This document shows, piece after piece, positions 29,137-38,602 of a stretch of DNA of 64,000 nt. The translations under genes and the position numbers were made by a program. Position 1 is the stretch's first letter; each line of letters starts with the position of its first letter. The DNA lies in NCBI GenBank assembly GCA_002453155.1, contig DKGG01000023.1:13785-77784 (forward strand), read 5' to 3'. The notes beneath the pieces are model-generated. The model was not told where the DNA came from and searched no databases. It was given only the letters and a program-made list of their open reading frames with translations. The stretch comes from Bdellovibrionaceae bacterium UBA6776 (GTDB taxonomy: Bacteria > Bdellovibrionota > Bdellovibrionia > Bdellovibrionales > UBA1609).

Positions 29137-30078
29137 TTGATTGTTGCCGCTGTCATTTTGGTGGTGATTGTCCGCTCAGGACATTTGGATTTAAAGGTCC
29201 TAACGTCCCTTTTTACCAGCTGGCAAAGTGCCTCTGTTTTGTTGGTGCTGGCTGCGCTTAACTTTTTGCTTTTGACCATTCGATGGTTTGATTTGGTCAA
29301 TTGCACTTTGTCGGAACTCAGCTTCTTTCGAAGTGTAAAGCTGAACCTCATTGCAAACTTTTTTAATTTCGTTTTTCCAAGCTCCATTGGGGGAGATTTG
29401 GTTCGCGGCTATTATTTGGCTCAAGATATGCACAGCCAAAAAATGAAGGCCGCACTCAGTGTGGTCTTGGATCGAGTGATCGGGCTTTACTCTTTGATTT
29501 CTCTGAGTGCGGTGACCTTGCTTTACCTCTCTTTTCAAAAAGATGTGGAGAGTCTACGAGTTTTGACGGGAAGTACGTTGCTTTTATTTTTGGGCTACAG
29601 CTTTTTTTTATTTTTAATCATTTCTGGAATTGGAAAAAGAATTGCAAAAATGATCACCTGGTCGGTTTTGCAAAAGCCTCTTAATTTTCTACTCTCCTGT
29701 CATGATTATCTACAAGAATCCATGAGAAATGTTCCGCTTTTCTTGCGCACCTTTTTCGCAGGAATCTTCAGTCAGTTGGTGGTCGCGGTTTTCTTTTTTC
29801 AAGTGGGGCAGTACATCGGTGAACCTCAAGTGAATTTCTTAGATGTTTTGAGTGTGATTCCCTTGGGCTTTCTGGTGATGTCTGTTCCCATTGCTCCCGC
29901 CGGAATTGGGGTGGGACAGGTGGCCTTTTTGTTCTTGATCAAACAGGTGACGGGTGTTTCCTCTCAATTTGGTCCCACGGCCATTTCGGCGTTTCAGGTG
30001 GCCTTGTTGATTTGGTCTCTTTTCGGGGGGTGGTTTTATCTGACCCTGAGAAAACCCAAAGAACTTTTGGAGGAGTGA
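29137..30078 (+). CDS. Polytopic membrane protein, UPF0104/flippase-like (LPG-synthase TM-domain family)
   Basis: About 8 hydrophobic helices and the family-typical GGDLVRGYYL motif. The start codon is uncertain; TTG 29137 is the first in-frame candidate. Confidence 0.65.
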   Translation: MIVAAVILVVIVRSGHLDLKVLTSLFTSWQSASVLLVLAALNFLLLTIRWFDLVNCTLSELSFFRSVKLNLIANFFNFVFPSSIGGDLVRGYYLAQDMHSQKMKAALSVVLDRVIGLYSLISLSAVTLLYLSFQKDVESLRVLTGSTLLLFLGYSFFLFLIISGIGKRIAKMITWSVLQKPLNFLLSCHDYLQESMRNVPLFLRTFFAGIFSQLVVAVFFFQVGQYIGEPQVNFLDVLSVIPLGFLVMSVPIAPAGIGVGQVAFLFLIKQVTGVSSQFGPTAISAFQVALLIWSLFGGWFYLTLRKPKELLEE

Positions 30079-31424
30079 TGGAAGATCGCACCAAGCTCAT
30101 AATCGCATCCATTCGAAAACTTCAATCTCGGGGTGCAAAGCCCAACATCCGAAAGATTTTGGCAAAGACTCATCCTTCGGACATGGCCTTGGTGCTTCAA
30201 GGATTGGATCCTGAAGAAAGATATGAAGTCTTTTTGATGGAAGAAAGCTTTGCTCGCAGAGCCAATGTGATGAGCTATTTGGACGAATCTTTGCAAAAAG
30301 AACTGATTGAGCTTTCTTCACGGGAAGACATTCTTAAAATTTTGTCTCATATGGATTCCGATGATGCTGCGGACCTGTTGGGAATCTTGCCGGAGGAAGA
30401 ATCCAAAGAATTTCTTTCGTCCATGGTGAGAAAGGATTCCGAAGAAGTCGCCGAACTGATGGGATATGCGGAAGACTCCGCAGGTGGACTGATGAGCTCC
30501 GAGTATTTGGCGGTGAATCAGAATCTTTCGGTGGCGGAGGCCGTGGCGGCCCTTCAAAGCAACGGGGATCAAGGAACCATTTCTTTTTATCTGTATGTGA
30601 TTAACGATCATGGACAGTTGGTGGGCGTGGTCAGTTTGAAGCAGCTGTTGTTGTCTTCAAAAAGTTCTAAGCTCAAAGAGCTGATGTACAAAGATGTGAT
30701 TTCCGTTCATGTGAATGCCCACCAAGAGGATGTGGCGGCAACCGTTGAACGTTATGATTTTTTGGCCTTGCCGGTTGTGGATGGAAACAACAATTTGGTG
30801 GGTGTCATTACTGTTGATGACGTGATTGATGTGATTCGTGAAGAGGCGGAAGAGGATTTCTTAGCCATGGGCCGTGCCGGTTGGGGTGTGGAAGAGTCTG
30901 TCATCGATCACGTGAAAGCCCGCTTCCCCTGGGTGATTTTGTCTTTTCTGGGTGGAGTGACCTGTTTCTTAATTATTTTTTCAAACCGTCCCCATGTGGC
31001 GGACTTTTCTCCTCTTTGGTATTTGGCCTCTTTGTTGCCCTTGCTTTTGTCTTTGGGGGCCACCACCGGAGGCCAGGCAGCTGCGGTTTCTGTGGGACAT
31101 GTACGCAGTGGTCGTTTGGAGTTTAAACGTGTGGGGAATTACTTGCTTGGCGAAGTGGCCATTGGATTGGTTTTGGGATCCATACTTGCATTGGCTGTTT
31201 TTGGACTTGGGTTTTGGCTCACTGGAGTTTTGATCATCAGTTTGTATTTTGCGGCAGCAACACTTTTCAGTGTGGTATGGGCGGTGAGTATGGGAGGCGG
31301 AATTCCCGTGGCCTTAGATCGCCTTGGAATTGATCCCACCATAGGATCCGTTCCATTGTTTACGACTTTGGCGGACATTTCTTCGGTGTTGATTTTATTC
31401 TTGGTCTATCAATTGATTTGGTAG
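30078..31424 (+). CDS. mgtE: Magnesium transporter MgtE
   Basis: ATG 30078 follows GGAGGAG and overlaps the upstream stop (TGATG). It has the MgtE N-domain, a tandem CBS pair (VINDHGQLVGVVSLKQLL; LPVVDGNNNLVGVITVDDVIDVIREE) and a C-terminal TM domain. Confidence 0.85.
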   Translation: MEDRTKLIIASIRKLQSRGAKPNIRKILAKTHPSDMALVLQGLDPEERYEVFLMEESFARRANVMSYLDESLQKELIELSSREDILKILSHMDSDDAADLLGILPEEESKEFLSSMVRKDSEEVAELMGYAEDSAGGLMSSEYLAVNQNLSVAEAVAALQSNGDQGTISFYLYVINDHGQLVGVVSLKQLLLSSKSSKLKELMYKDVISVHVNAHQEDVAATVERYDFLALPVVDGNNNLVGVITVDDVIDVIREEAEEDFLAMGRAGWGVEESVIDHVKARFPWVILSFLGGVTCFLIIFSNRPHVADFSPLWYLASLLPLLLSLGATTGGQAAAVSVGHVRSGRLEFKRVGNYLLGEVAIGLVLGSILALAVFGLGFWLTGVLIISLYFAAATLFSVVWAVSMGGGIPVALDRLGIDPTIGSVPLFTTLADISSVLILFLVYQLIW

Positions 31425-31432
31425 GAGATTTT

Positions 31433-32026
31433 TTGAACCGAGCCAAGCTGATCGTCTTAAAAGCCATCAAACATTCCGAATCAGATCTGTTGGTTCAAAC
31501 CTTAAGTGCCACGGGCGATCGGCTTCACTTTTTAGCCAAGGGTGCACTGAAAAGCAAAAAACGGTTTGGTGGCGGAGTTCTTGAGCCCACTCACTATTTG
31601 GACGTTTTGTACAAAGAGGGTAAAAGTTCATCCGATTCTGAGCCCTTGCACATTTTGTTGGAAGCCCGAGTGATCCGAGATTTTTCGGGCCTTCGTGAAG
31701 ATTACGACCGTTTAAACATGGCCCTTTCTTTTTTGTCCTTGGTGAGTCGCCTCACTCGTAGTGGTTCCGTGGGTGCGAAGGAAATTTTTGACCTTCTGGG
31801 GCATGGTTTGTCGGCCTGTGAAGGGGATTGCAATCCGGAAACCTTGTCCATTCAGTTCCGCGCAAAGCTTTTGTTTTCTCAAGGGGTTCTTGAACCGAGC
31901 TCCGACATGGCCGTGTTGATTCGAACGTCCTTGAAAAGTTCCAGTGACATTCAGCTGTCTAAAGCCCAAAGAAAAACTCTGGACCATCATCTTCACCTGG
32001 CCACCGAAGAGATGCTTCATTTGTGA
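31433..32026 (+). CDS. recO: DNA repair protein RecO
   Basis: TTG 31433 lies 5 nt after AGGAG; TTG 31418 is an alternative start. The N-terminal OB-fold pattern is AKLIVLKAIKHSESDLLVQTLS..GDRLHFLAKGALKSKKRFGG. Confidence 0.65.
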   Translation: MNRAKLIVLKAIKHSESDLLVQTLSATGDRLHFLAKGALKSKKRFGGGVLEPTHYLDVLYKEGKSSSDSEPLHILLEARVIRDFSGLREDYDRLNMALSFLSLVSRLTRSGSVGAKEIFDLLGHGLSACEGDCNPETLSIQFRAKLLFSQGVLEPSSDMAVLIRTSLKSSSDIQLSKAQRKTLDHHLHLATEEMLHL

Positions 32027-32110
32027 TTTGATTTTCGACTTCAACAATGTCTAGTCTTACAAGACTCCAGGTCTTCCCCCACCCATTTTAGATGCGAGCG
32101 TCAAAACACG

Positions 32111-32132
32111 AAATATGATCTGAATCATATTT
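32111..32132. promoter_or_regulatory. Crp/Fnr-type palindromic box 1 (AAATATGATCTGAATCATATTT; core TATGA-N6-TCATA) upstream of nrdJ
   Basis: Perfect 9-bp arms. The centre lies about 60 nt upstream of the nrdJ ATG. Confidence 0.6.
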
Positions 32133-32181
32133 AGGGACCGGCGTTGACCTTTAGCCTATGGGCAAGACTTGAGGAGAAAAA

Positions 32182-34731
32182 ATGGAGAAGCATCAAGATT
32201 TCAAACAACAATCTCAGACCCATAGGAACAAAAAAAGAATTCGCAAGACTAAGTTTGTAGATCATTTTTCTGAGGAAGTTTTTCATCAAACTTACTGTTT
32301 TGAGAAAGAAACAAATATTAACGAGCGGCATTTTCAAATCGCAGAAGAATTGGCCAGTGTTGAGATTAAAGAAAAACGACCATTTTGGAGAGAGAAATTT
32401 TTAGATTTACTGGAGGATTTTAAATTTGTTCCAGGAGGGAGAATTACATCAAACGCTGGGACCGGATTAAAAGGCACAACTTATATAAATTGTTTTGTAA
32501 GCGGCTTCCGAGGAGAAGATCAAGACTCTATGAATAGTATCATGGACGAGTTAAAGCGCCAGGCTTTAATTCTTAAGTCCGAAGGTGGGTATGGTTTTTG
32601 TGCAAATGTGATGAGACCCAGAGGTGGATATATAAGGGGCATAGGAGCAGAATCTCCAGGTGCAGTAAAGCTGTTGGAAATGTGGGACACGCAAAGTGCA
32701 GTCATTACGGCCGGAAGTGGTCTGCAAAAATCCAGTGAGCGAGGAAAGAAGAAGATCAGAAAGGGGGCTCAGATGGTAACTATGTCTATTTGGCATCCTG
32801 ATATTGAGGCCTTTGTTACTGCAAAACAAACTCCAGGAACGCTCACCAAATTCAACATGTCTGTTTTAATTTCTGATGAATTTATGATGGCTATGAAATC
32901 TCATAAACCCTGGTTGCTTGAATTCCCAGATTATGAATCTCATCCGGATCTCTATTCAAAAGAATGGGACGGAAATCTAGAGCTGTGGAAGTCCAAAGGC
33001 TATAAGACTAAGATTTATAGGAAGTATGAGGATGCGGGATCTTTATGGGATATCATTATGAAAGCTACCTATAATAGGAATGAGCCGGGAGTTCTTTTCG
33101 TCGATACAATAAATCGATGGAACAATCTGTATTACACAGAGCACATTCAAGCAACCAATCCTTGTGGGGAGCAGGTATTACCTGTCGGTGGAGTTTGCCT
33201 TCTTGGTTCTTTAAATTTGACCCAGTTTGTGAACGATCAGTTGAACGATTGGAATTATGAAAAATTAAAGGAGATCATTCCCACGGCCGTTCGCTTTATG
33301 GACAACGTAAACGATATCACTCAAGTTCCCCTTCCTGAGAACCAACGCAATCTGAAGGAGAAGCGGAGGATTGGCCTTGGTGTTTTGGGATATGCGTCTG
33401 CTTTGATGACAATGAGGATCCGCTATGGATCACCCGAGGCCCTCCGCCTGACTCACGAGCTGGGTCACTTTATTATGAATGAGACTTATAGAGCTTCGGC
33501 CCTGCTTGCGAAAGAAAAAGGAGTTTTTCCACTCTTTGACAGAGAAAAGTATCTCGCGGGGGCTTTTCTAAAAAAACTGGATGTTCAGGTTCGAGAATTG
33601 GTGTCTGATTTTGGTGTCAGAAACAGCCATCTGTTGTCGATTCAACCTACTGGAAATAGCGCGGTTCTTGCCAACAACGTGTCTGGTGGGTTGGAGCCTA
33701 TATTTTCTCACGAGTACATTCGAACTTCTATTCAGCCCTATCCTCCAAAAGGACTGAGTGTGCCTCATTCCGTGGACTGGTCAGCAAAAAGAGTTCTAGA
33801 TGAGCAGAGAGGTGACGGCTGGGAATGGGTCAAGGAAGGTGACGAAAACCTATTGAGGAAAGAGTTTGAGGCAAAAGTCTGGAAATTGGACAAAAGCAGA
33901 GGTCTGCTCAGAGAAAACAAAATCATGGACTATGCCGTACGGGTTTTAAAGGCGAGAAATCTTTGGGATCCCAATGCCGATTGGGCAGCGACGGCAACAT
34001 TATTGACTCTAGATGAGCACATCAAAACCATGGAGGTGTTCTCTAAATATATTGATTCTGCCATCTCCAAAACGGTTAACCTCCCGAGAGGGTTCTCATA
34101 TCTGGAATTTAAAGGCCTATATAGTGACCTCTTCGAGTCGGGAACCATTAAAGGTTGTACGACCTATCGAGAAGGCACTATGGCCAATGTTCTTCGCGAA
34201 TCGACGGATAAAATCGAATTTAAAAGAACGGCTGGGGTTCCTCGCCCCCCAACATTGAAGTGCCATATTCATCACATTACATCCAAGGGGCAAGCTTGGA
34301 TTGTTCTAGTAGGTCTGCTAGAGCAATCACCTTATGAGGTCTTTGTAATGAAGCAAGATTTTTTGCAGGTGCCCAAAGGCCTCATTGAAGGACTTCTTTA
34401 TAAGGAGACCTCCGGAGTTTATCATCTAGAGACACTAGACGGGTGGGTACTTAGAGATATTCGACGATTTTTTGAGTCAGACGAACAAGAGGCTTTGACT
34501 CGAATGATTTCAACGGCATTAAGGCACGGAGCTGATATTGAGTTTATTGTCTCACAGTTGTTAAAAAGTGAAGGCACCATTCATTCTTTTTCCAAAGCAA
34601 TAGCGCGCACTCTTAAGCAATATATAAAGGAAATTAAGGTCATTCGCTGCACTCACTGCGGAAGTCAGAATCTAAAGCTAGAAGAAGGGTGTTTTATGTG
34701 CTTGGACTGCGGAGATAGTAAATGTACCTGA
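32182..34731 (+). CDS. nrdJ: Class II (adenosylcobalamin-dependent) ribonucleotide reductase with C-terminal Zn-ribbon
   Basis: GAGGAG RBS. The active-site motif is ATNPCGEQVLPVGGVCLLGSLNL, and the C-terminus has CTHCGS...CFMCLDCG. Confidence 0.85.
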   Translation: MEKHQDFKQQSQTHRNKKRIRKTKFVDHFSEEVFHQTYCFEKETNINERHFQIAEELASVEIKEKRPFWREKFLDLLEDFKFVPGGRITSNAGTGLKGTTYINCFVSGFRGEDQDSMNSIMDELKRQALILKSEGGYGFCANVMRPRGGYIRGIGAESPGAVKLLEMWDTQSAVITAGSGLQKSSERGKKKIRKGAQMVTMSIWHPDIEAFVTAKQTPGTLTKFNMSVLISDEFMMAMKSHKPWLLEFPDYESHPDLYSKEWDGNLELWKSKGYKTKIYRKYEDAGSLWDIIMKATYNRNEPGVLFVDTINRWNNLYYTEHIQATNPCGEQVLPVGGVCLLGSLNLTQFVNDQLNDWNYEKLKEIIPTAVRFMDNVNDITQVPLPENQRNLKEKRRIGLGVLGYASALMTMRIRYGSPEALRLTHELGHFIMNETYRASALLAKEKGVFPLFDREKYLAGAFLKKLDVQVRELVSDFGVRNSHLLSIQPTGNSAVLANNVSGGLEPIFSHEYIRTSIQPYPPKGLSVPHSVDWSAKRVLDEQRGDGWEWVKEGDENLLRKEFEAKVWKLDKSRGLLRENKIMDYAVRVLKARNLWDPNADWAATATLLTLDEHIKTMEVFSKYIDSAISKTVNLPRGFSYLEFKGLYSDLFESGTIKGCTTYREGTMANVLRESTDKIEFKRTAGVPRPPTLKCHIHHITSKGQAWIVLVGLLEQSPYEVFVMKQDFLQVPKGLIEGLLYKETSGVYHLETLDGWVLRDIRRFFESDEQEALTRMISTALRHGADIEFIVSQLLKSEGTIHSFSKAIARTLKQYIKEIKVIRCTHCGSQNLKLEEGCFMCLDCGDSKCT

Positions 34732-34747
34732 TATGATCTGACTCATA
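34732..34747. promoter_or_regulatory. Crp/Fnr-type box 2 (TATGATCTGACTCATA)
   Basis: TATGA-N6-TCATA. The centre lies about 58 nt upstream of ATG 34797. Confidence 0.55.
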
Positions 34748-34796
34748 ACAATAGGTGTCTGATGCTGATTAAATTTTAGATAGGTTGGAGGATTTA

Positions 34797-35063
34797 ATGC
34801 AAACATCTATAAATATCGATAGTTTTAAGGATCAATTTGTTAGCGGGCTCATATACTCCCTGGTGGAGGGATTGAATTCGGGAGAATCGATTCGCATCGA
34901 ATCCGCGTCTAATTTTCGGGACTTAATAAACGAAATATGTTCTTCCAGTAGCGACGAGATCATTTGCGGAGAATGGTCTCAAAGCGGTAGGACCTTGACA
35001 GCGACGTTAATGAAAAAATACTCTGAGAAGAAGGATTCTTGTTGTGGAGTGTGTGGGGGATAG
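34797..35063 (+). CDS. Small cytoplasmic protein with C-terminal CCGVCGG tail (DUF2249/TusA-like fold guess)
   Basis: ATG 34797 is preceded by GGAGGA. The protein is 88 aa, has no signal peptide and carries a Cys-rich C-terminus. Confidence 0.55.
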   Translation: MQTSINIDSFKDQFVSGLIYSLVEGLNSGESIRIESASNFRDLINEICSSSSDEIICGEWSQSGRTLTATLMKKYSEKKDSCCGVCGG

Positions 35064-35113
35064 CCCTCTAAGGGATCAGAGGCCTATTTGTTTAAAAATC
35101 AACACATTTGGTT

Positions 35114-35129
35114 TATGATTTAGATCATA
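35114..35129. promoter_or_regulatory. Crp/Fnr-type box 3 (TATGATTTAGATCATA) upstream of nirK
   Basis: Perfect 6-bp arms (TATGAT/ATCATA). The centre lies about 60 nt upstream of the nirK ATG. Confidence 0.6.
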
Positions 35130-35180
35130 CCTCAACATTCTTTTACACTTTAAACTTTGTTTATATAGAGAGGTGAGTTT

Positions 35181-36620
35181 ATGTGCAAAAAGATTTTCTC
35201 GATCGCAATTTTTTGTGGGCTCCTTGTCGGATGTTTTGATGAAAAGGGGAGCGATGCAAATGCAACTTCCGAAATTAGGGGCGAAGAGGAGGCGAACCTA
35301 TCTTCACCCCCAAAGGTTCCTTCACCCATCACACGAGAACACAATACGAAAGTGATCGTTAAACTTGAAGTCATTGAAAAGAAAATGGAGATTGCCAAAG
35401 GGGTCGAGTACACTTTTTGGACCTTTGGTGGAACTGTTCCTGGAAAGTTTATTCGGATAAAAGAAGGAGATCTTGTTGAATTTCATCTCCAGAATCATCC
35501 CTCTTCAAAAATGCCTCACAATATTGACTTGCATGCGGTTACGGGTCCGGGAGGAGGAGCGGTTTCTTCCTTTACGCTTCCCGGACACGAAAGTGTTTTT
35601 TCCTTCAAAGCCTTGAACCCGGGCCTTTTTGTCTATCATTGTGCAACAGCCCCTGTGGGAATGCACATTGCAAATGGGATGTATGGATTGATTCTGGTAG
35701 AGCCAAGAGGGGGACTTCCCAAGGTTGATAAAGAGTACTATGTGATGCAAGGAGATTTCTATACAAAAGGAAAGTTTGGAAAGCAGGGGTATCAACCTTT
35801 CGATATGGAAAAGGCAATTGATGAACGCCCGACGTACGTCCTATTCAATGGTTCTTCGACATCAATGACGGGTGATAAGGCTTTAACGGCGAATGTCGGT
35901 GAGCGGATTCGATTGTTTGTCGGCAATGGTGGACCAAATTTAGTCTCTTCGTTTCACGTTATTGGAGAGATCTTTGACAATGTTCACAGGGAGGGCGGAA
36001 AAAATATCGATCATAACGTTCAGACCACTCTTATTCCTGCTGGAGGTGCCACCATAGTGGACTTTAAGGTTGAAGCTCCTGGGAATCTAGTGATGGTGGA
36101 TCATTCTATTTTTAGAGCATTCAATAAAGGAGCCTTGGCTCTTATCAATGTCAAAGGAAACGAGGAAAAAAAGATCTATTCAGGAAAGATTGAGGACAAC
36201 GTCTATCTGCCAGAAGGTGCTGCTATTCAAGAAGTCAGTGAGAAGGAAAAAGTTTCGACGGCTGACAATTTAGAAGATCAGATAAGGCTGGGTAAAAACA
36301 TTTTTTCTCAGAACTGTGCGGCCTGCCATCAACTTGATGGAAAAGGAATCAAAGGTGCATTTCCTCCTTTGGCAAATTCGGACTGGTTAAACGAGAACTC
36401 AAGACGAGCCATAGAGGTCGTTAAGAACGGATTGTCCGGCTCCTTGACCGTAAACGGAGAAGTTTACGATGGAGTTATGCCAGCATTGGGACTGTCGGAT
36501 GAAGATATCGCGAATGTCTTAACTTATGTTTATAATTCTTGGGGAAACAGCAGGAAGGTTATTACTCCAGCAGATGTTAAATCTGTACCCTCTCAAAGTA
36601 GTGCCGGCGGAGGTCATTGA
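35181..36620 (+). CDS. nirK: Copper-containing nitrite reductase fused to a C-terminal cytochrome c domain; lipoprotein signal
   Basis: Lipobox LLVGC. Cu-site motifs are [14 protein letters not shown] and [18 protein letters not shown]. The C-terminus has CAACH haem c and a downstream Met region. Confidence 0.9.
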   Translation: MCKKIFSIAIFCGLLVGCFDEKGSDANATSEIRGEEEANLSSPPKVPSPITREHNTKVIVKLEVIEKKMEIAKGVEYTFWTFGGTVPGKFIRIKEGDLVEFHLQNHPSSKMPHNIDLHAVTGPGGGAVSSFTLPGHESVFSFKALNPGLFVYHCATAPVGMHIANGMYGLILVEPRGGLPKVDKEYYVMQGDFYTKGKFGKQGYQPFDMEKAIDERPTYVLFNGSSTSMTGDKALTANVGERIRLFVGNGGPNLVSSFHVIGEIFDNVHREGGKNIDHNVQTTLIPAGGATIVDFKVEAPGNLVMVDHSIFRAFNKGALALINVKGNEEKKIYSGKIEDNVYLPEGAAIQEVSEKEKVSTADNLEDQIRLGKNIFSQNCAACHQLDGKGIKGAFPPLANSDWLNENSRRAIEVVKNGLSGSLTVNGEVYDGVMPALGLSDEDIANVLTYVYNSWGNSRKVITPADVKSVPSQSSAGGGH

Positions 36621-37375
36621 TGCTTAACTTGATTTTTCTCTTGGTCTTCGCGGAAAATTTGAGGGCTCAAAATCAGGTGGATGTGCCAAAAGGCCATATT
36701 GAAGCTTTTTGGCAGGCTCCAGTGAAAGAAAAATCATTTCGTCCCCTTTTGCTTGTAGATGCTTTTAAGGCAATGATTTATCCGGTGACCCAAAAGCAGT
36801 TTGGAGAGTTTCTTGCAAAAAATCCTGAATGGACGAAAGACAATGTTTCTAGGATATTTGCCGATGAAAATTATCTGTCAAATTATTTGGAAGAAAGTTC
36901 TATGGAGCAAACTCCAATCACAAATGTTTCGTGGTTTGCTGCTCGAGCCTATTGCAAAAGTAAGGGTATGAGACTTCCAACTGTCAAAGAATGGGAATAT
37001 CTTGCTGCAGCTTCAGAAACTCAAAGGAATGCCAATAGGAATAATCATTTTTTGAGTCGGATTTTAAGCTGGTATGGAGAGCCAAAGAAAGGTCGTCTGC
37101 CTAACGTGGGGAGTATTTATCAAAACATTTATGGTCTCTGGGATATGCATGGACTAATTTGGGAGTGGGTTGAGGACTTCAACTCCAATTTTGTCTCTGG
37201 AGAAAGTCGAGAGGATTCCTCCTTTAATAAGAACCTCTTTTGTGGTGCTGGAGCCTTATCTATGGCCGACAAGGAAAATTACGCTGCGTTTATGCGATTT
37301 GCCTTTCGCTCTGGATTAAAGGGGACTAGCACAATTTGGAACTTGGGCTTTAGATGCGTGAGGAGCTTGCAATGA
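36620..37375 (+). CDS. nirV: Formylglycine-generating-enzyme-family protein (NirV-type NirK accessory)
   Basis: The start overlaps the nirK stop (TGATG). Motifs VSWFAARAYC, GLWDMHGLIWEWVED and LGFRCV are present. Confidence 0.8.
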   Translation: MLNLIFLLVFAENLRAQNQVDVPKGHIEAFWQAPVKEKSFRPLLLVDAFKAMIYPVTQKQFGEFLAKNPEWTKDNVSRIFADENYLSNYLEESSMEQTPITNVSWFAARAYCKSKGMRLPTVKEWEYLAAASETQRNANRNNHFLSRILSWYGEPKKGRLPNVGSIYQNIYGLWDMHGLIWEWVEDFNSNFVSGESREDSSFNKNLFCGAGALSMADKENYAAFMRFAFRSGLKGTSTIWNLGFRCVRSLQ

Positions 37376-37914
37376 AAAGAATTTTTTTACTTCTGTCACT
37401 TCTATTTTTCTGTGTCTCATCATTTTCAGATAAGTCGTCGATTTATGAAGTCAAAACGACGTGGAAGGATCAAAATTCTAAAGAGATCAGAATGGCGGAT
37501 TTCAAAGGACATCCGATTGTTCTAACAATGGTTTATACCTCTTGTCCTCACGCTTGCCCTATGATGGTATCTCGAATTCGAGATATTAAAAAGGAATTCG
37601 AACAAGAAGGGATTTTTGATGTCAAATATGTCTTAGCATCTTTTGATGTGGAAAATGATACCCCAGAGCACCTTAAATCTTATATGAACAAACGAAAGTT
37701 AGACGATAGTTCCTGGACATTTTTATCAGCTAAGAATGAAAGTGCAGCTAGGGAACTCTCCGTCGTTTTGGGCATAAACTTCAAAAAATTAAGTGACGGG
37801 AATTTTTCTCACTCCAATGTAATCACGTTGATTGATGATCAAGGTCATATTGTGGCTCGTATAGATAAACTCAGCGCAAATACCTCGCATTTTAAGAGCG
37901 CTCTTAAGAAATGA
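37372..37914 (+). CDS. SCO1/SenC-family copper chaperone/thiol-disulfide protein
   Basis: ATGA overlap with nirV after GAGGAG. It has a signal/anchor sequence and the CPHACP motif in a thioredoxin-like context. Confidence 0.8.
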   Translation: MKRIFLLLSLLFFCVSSFSDKSSIYEVKTTWKDQNSKEIRMADFKGHPIVLTMVYTSCPHACPMMVSRIRDIKKEFEQEGIFDVKYVLASFDVENDTPEHLKSYMNKRKLDDSSWTFLSAKNESAARELSVVLGINFKKLSDGNFSHSNVITLIDDQGHIVARIDKLSANTSHFKSALKK

Positions 37915-38597
37915 GCAAAGAGTGTCGGGGTCCGTGTAAGGTAAAGCTTTCCATCGGGGTTGGAAGCGGAATTGTGGGTGTTTTCCTTTAGTTTTTTTCT
38001 CTCAGGGGCGACTTCCTTTTTATCCACACCAACCCCATGTACACATTATGGCCTTTGCATTTATGTGGTCGTTAGTTTCGGGTTTTTTGGTGATCGCTAT
38101 TCCTCGAATGATCGGTGGAAAAAGCCAAGATTTACTAGGTTGTAGTGGTTGCATTCTTGGTTCTTTTAAATGTGGCTTGCAATGTTTTGAATGAAACAAA
38201 GTTTTCGGTTTTTATGGGGCTGTTTAAAGGAGAGAGCGTCTTTTCATATGTTGGATTAAAAACAGGTCCTATATTTATTCTCTTTGGAAACTTCACGATG
38301 TGGAGTCAGTGGTTTCCCAAGATTGTTGGCTTGCATTTTATGTACATCGAGATTTTCCTTGTTCACACGGGTAGTCGCCACTCAAGTTACCCTGGCTCAC
38401 CATTAGCAAGATTTCAATCATAAGGTAAAATCTAAACGTTTTTTTCTAGTCTTCTTTTTTTTGGTCTTGGTTGGGTTGTTCATAAGATTTGCCGATGCCT
38501 CTATAAGTGGACCCTATCTTGCCAGTGCGGTCGGAGCCTTCTCTCTTGCTTTGATGCTCTTGTTTCAAAAGTATTTAAAGCTTTGGATGTCTCATTA
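37912..38597 (+). pseudogene. Decayed NnrS-like haem-copper membrane protein gene (multiple frame breaks)
   Basis: NnrS-like peptide fragments lie in different frames. Examples are HIMAFAFMWSLVSGFLVIAIPRMIGG (about 38042), ATQVTLAHH followed by a stop (about 38376), and VLVGLFIRF...LALMLLFQKY (about 38464). No frame stays open for more than 92 aa. Confidence 0.4.
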
Positions 38598-38602
38598 AAT
38601 CC

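Noticed and set aside
32130-32150. Possible B12-box-like sequence (AGGGACCGGCG) upstream of nrdJ, suggesting a cobalamin riboswitch
   Set aside because: The whole leader is only about 150 nt, the other conserved cobalamin-riboswitch helices are not discernible, and the match to the B12 box is partial.
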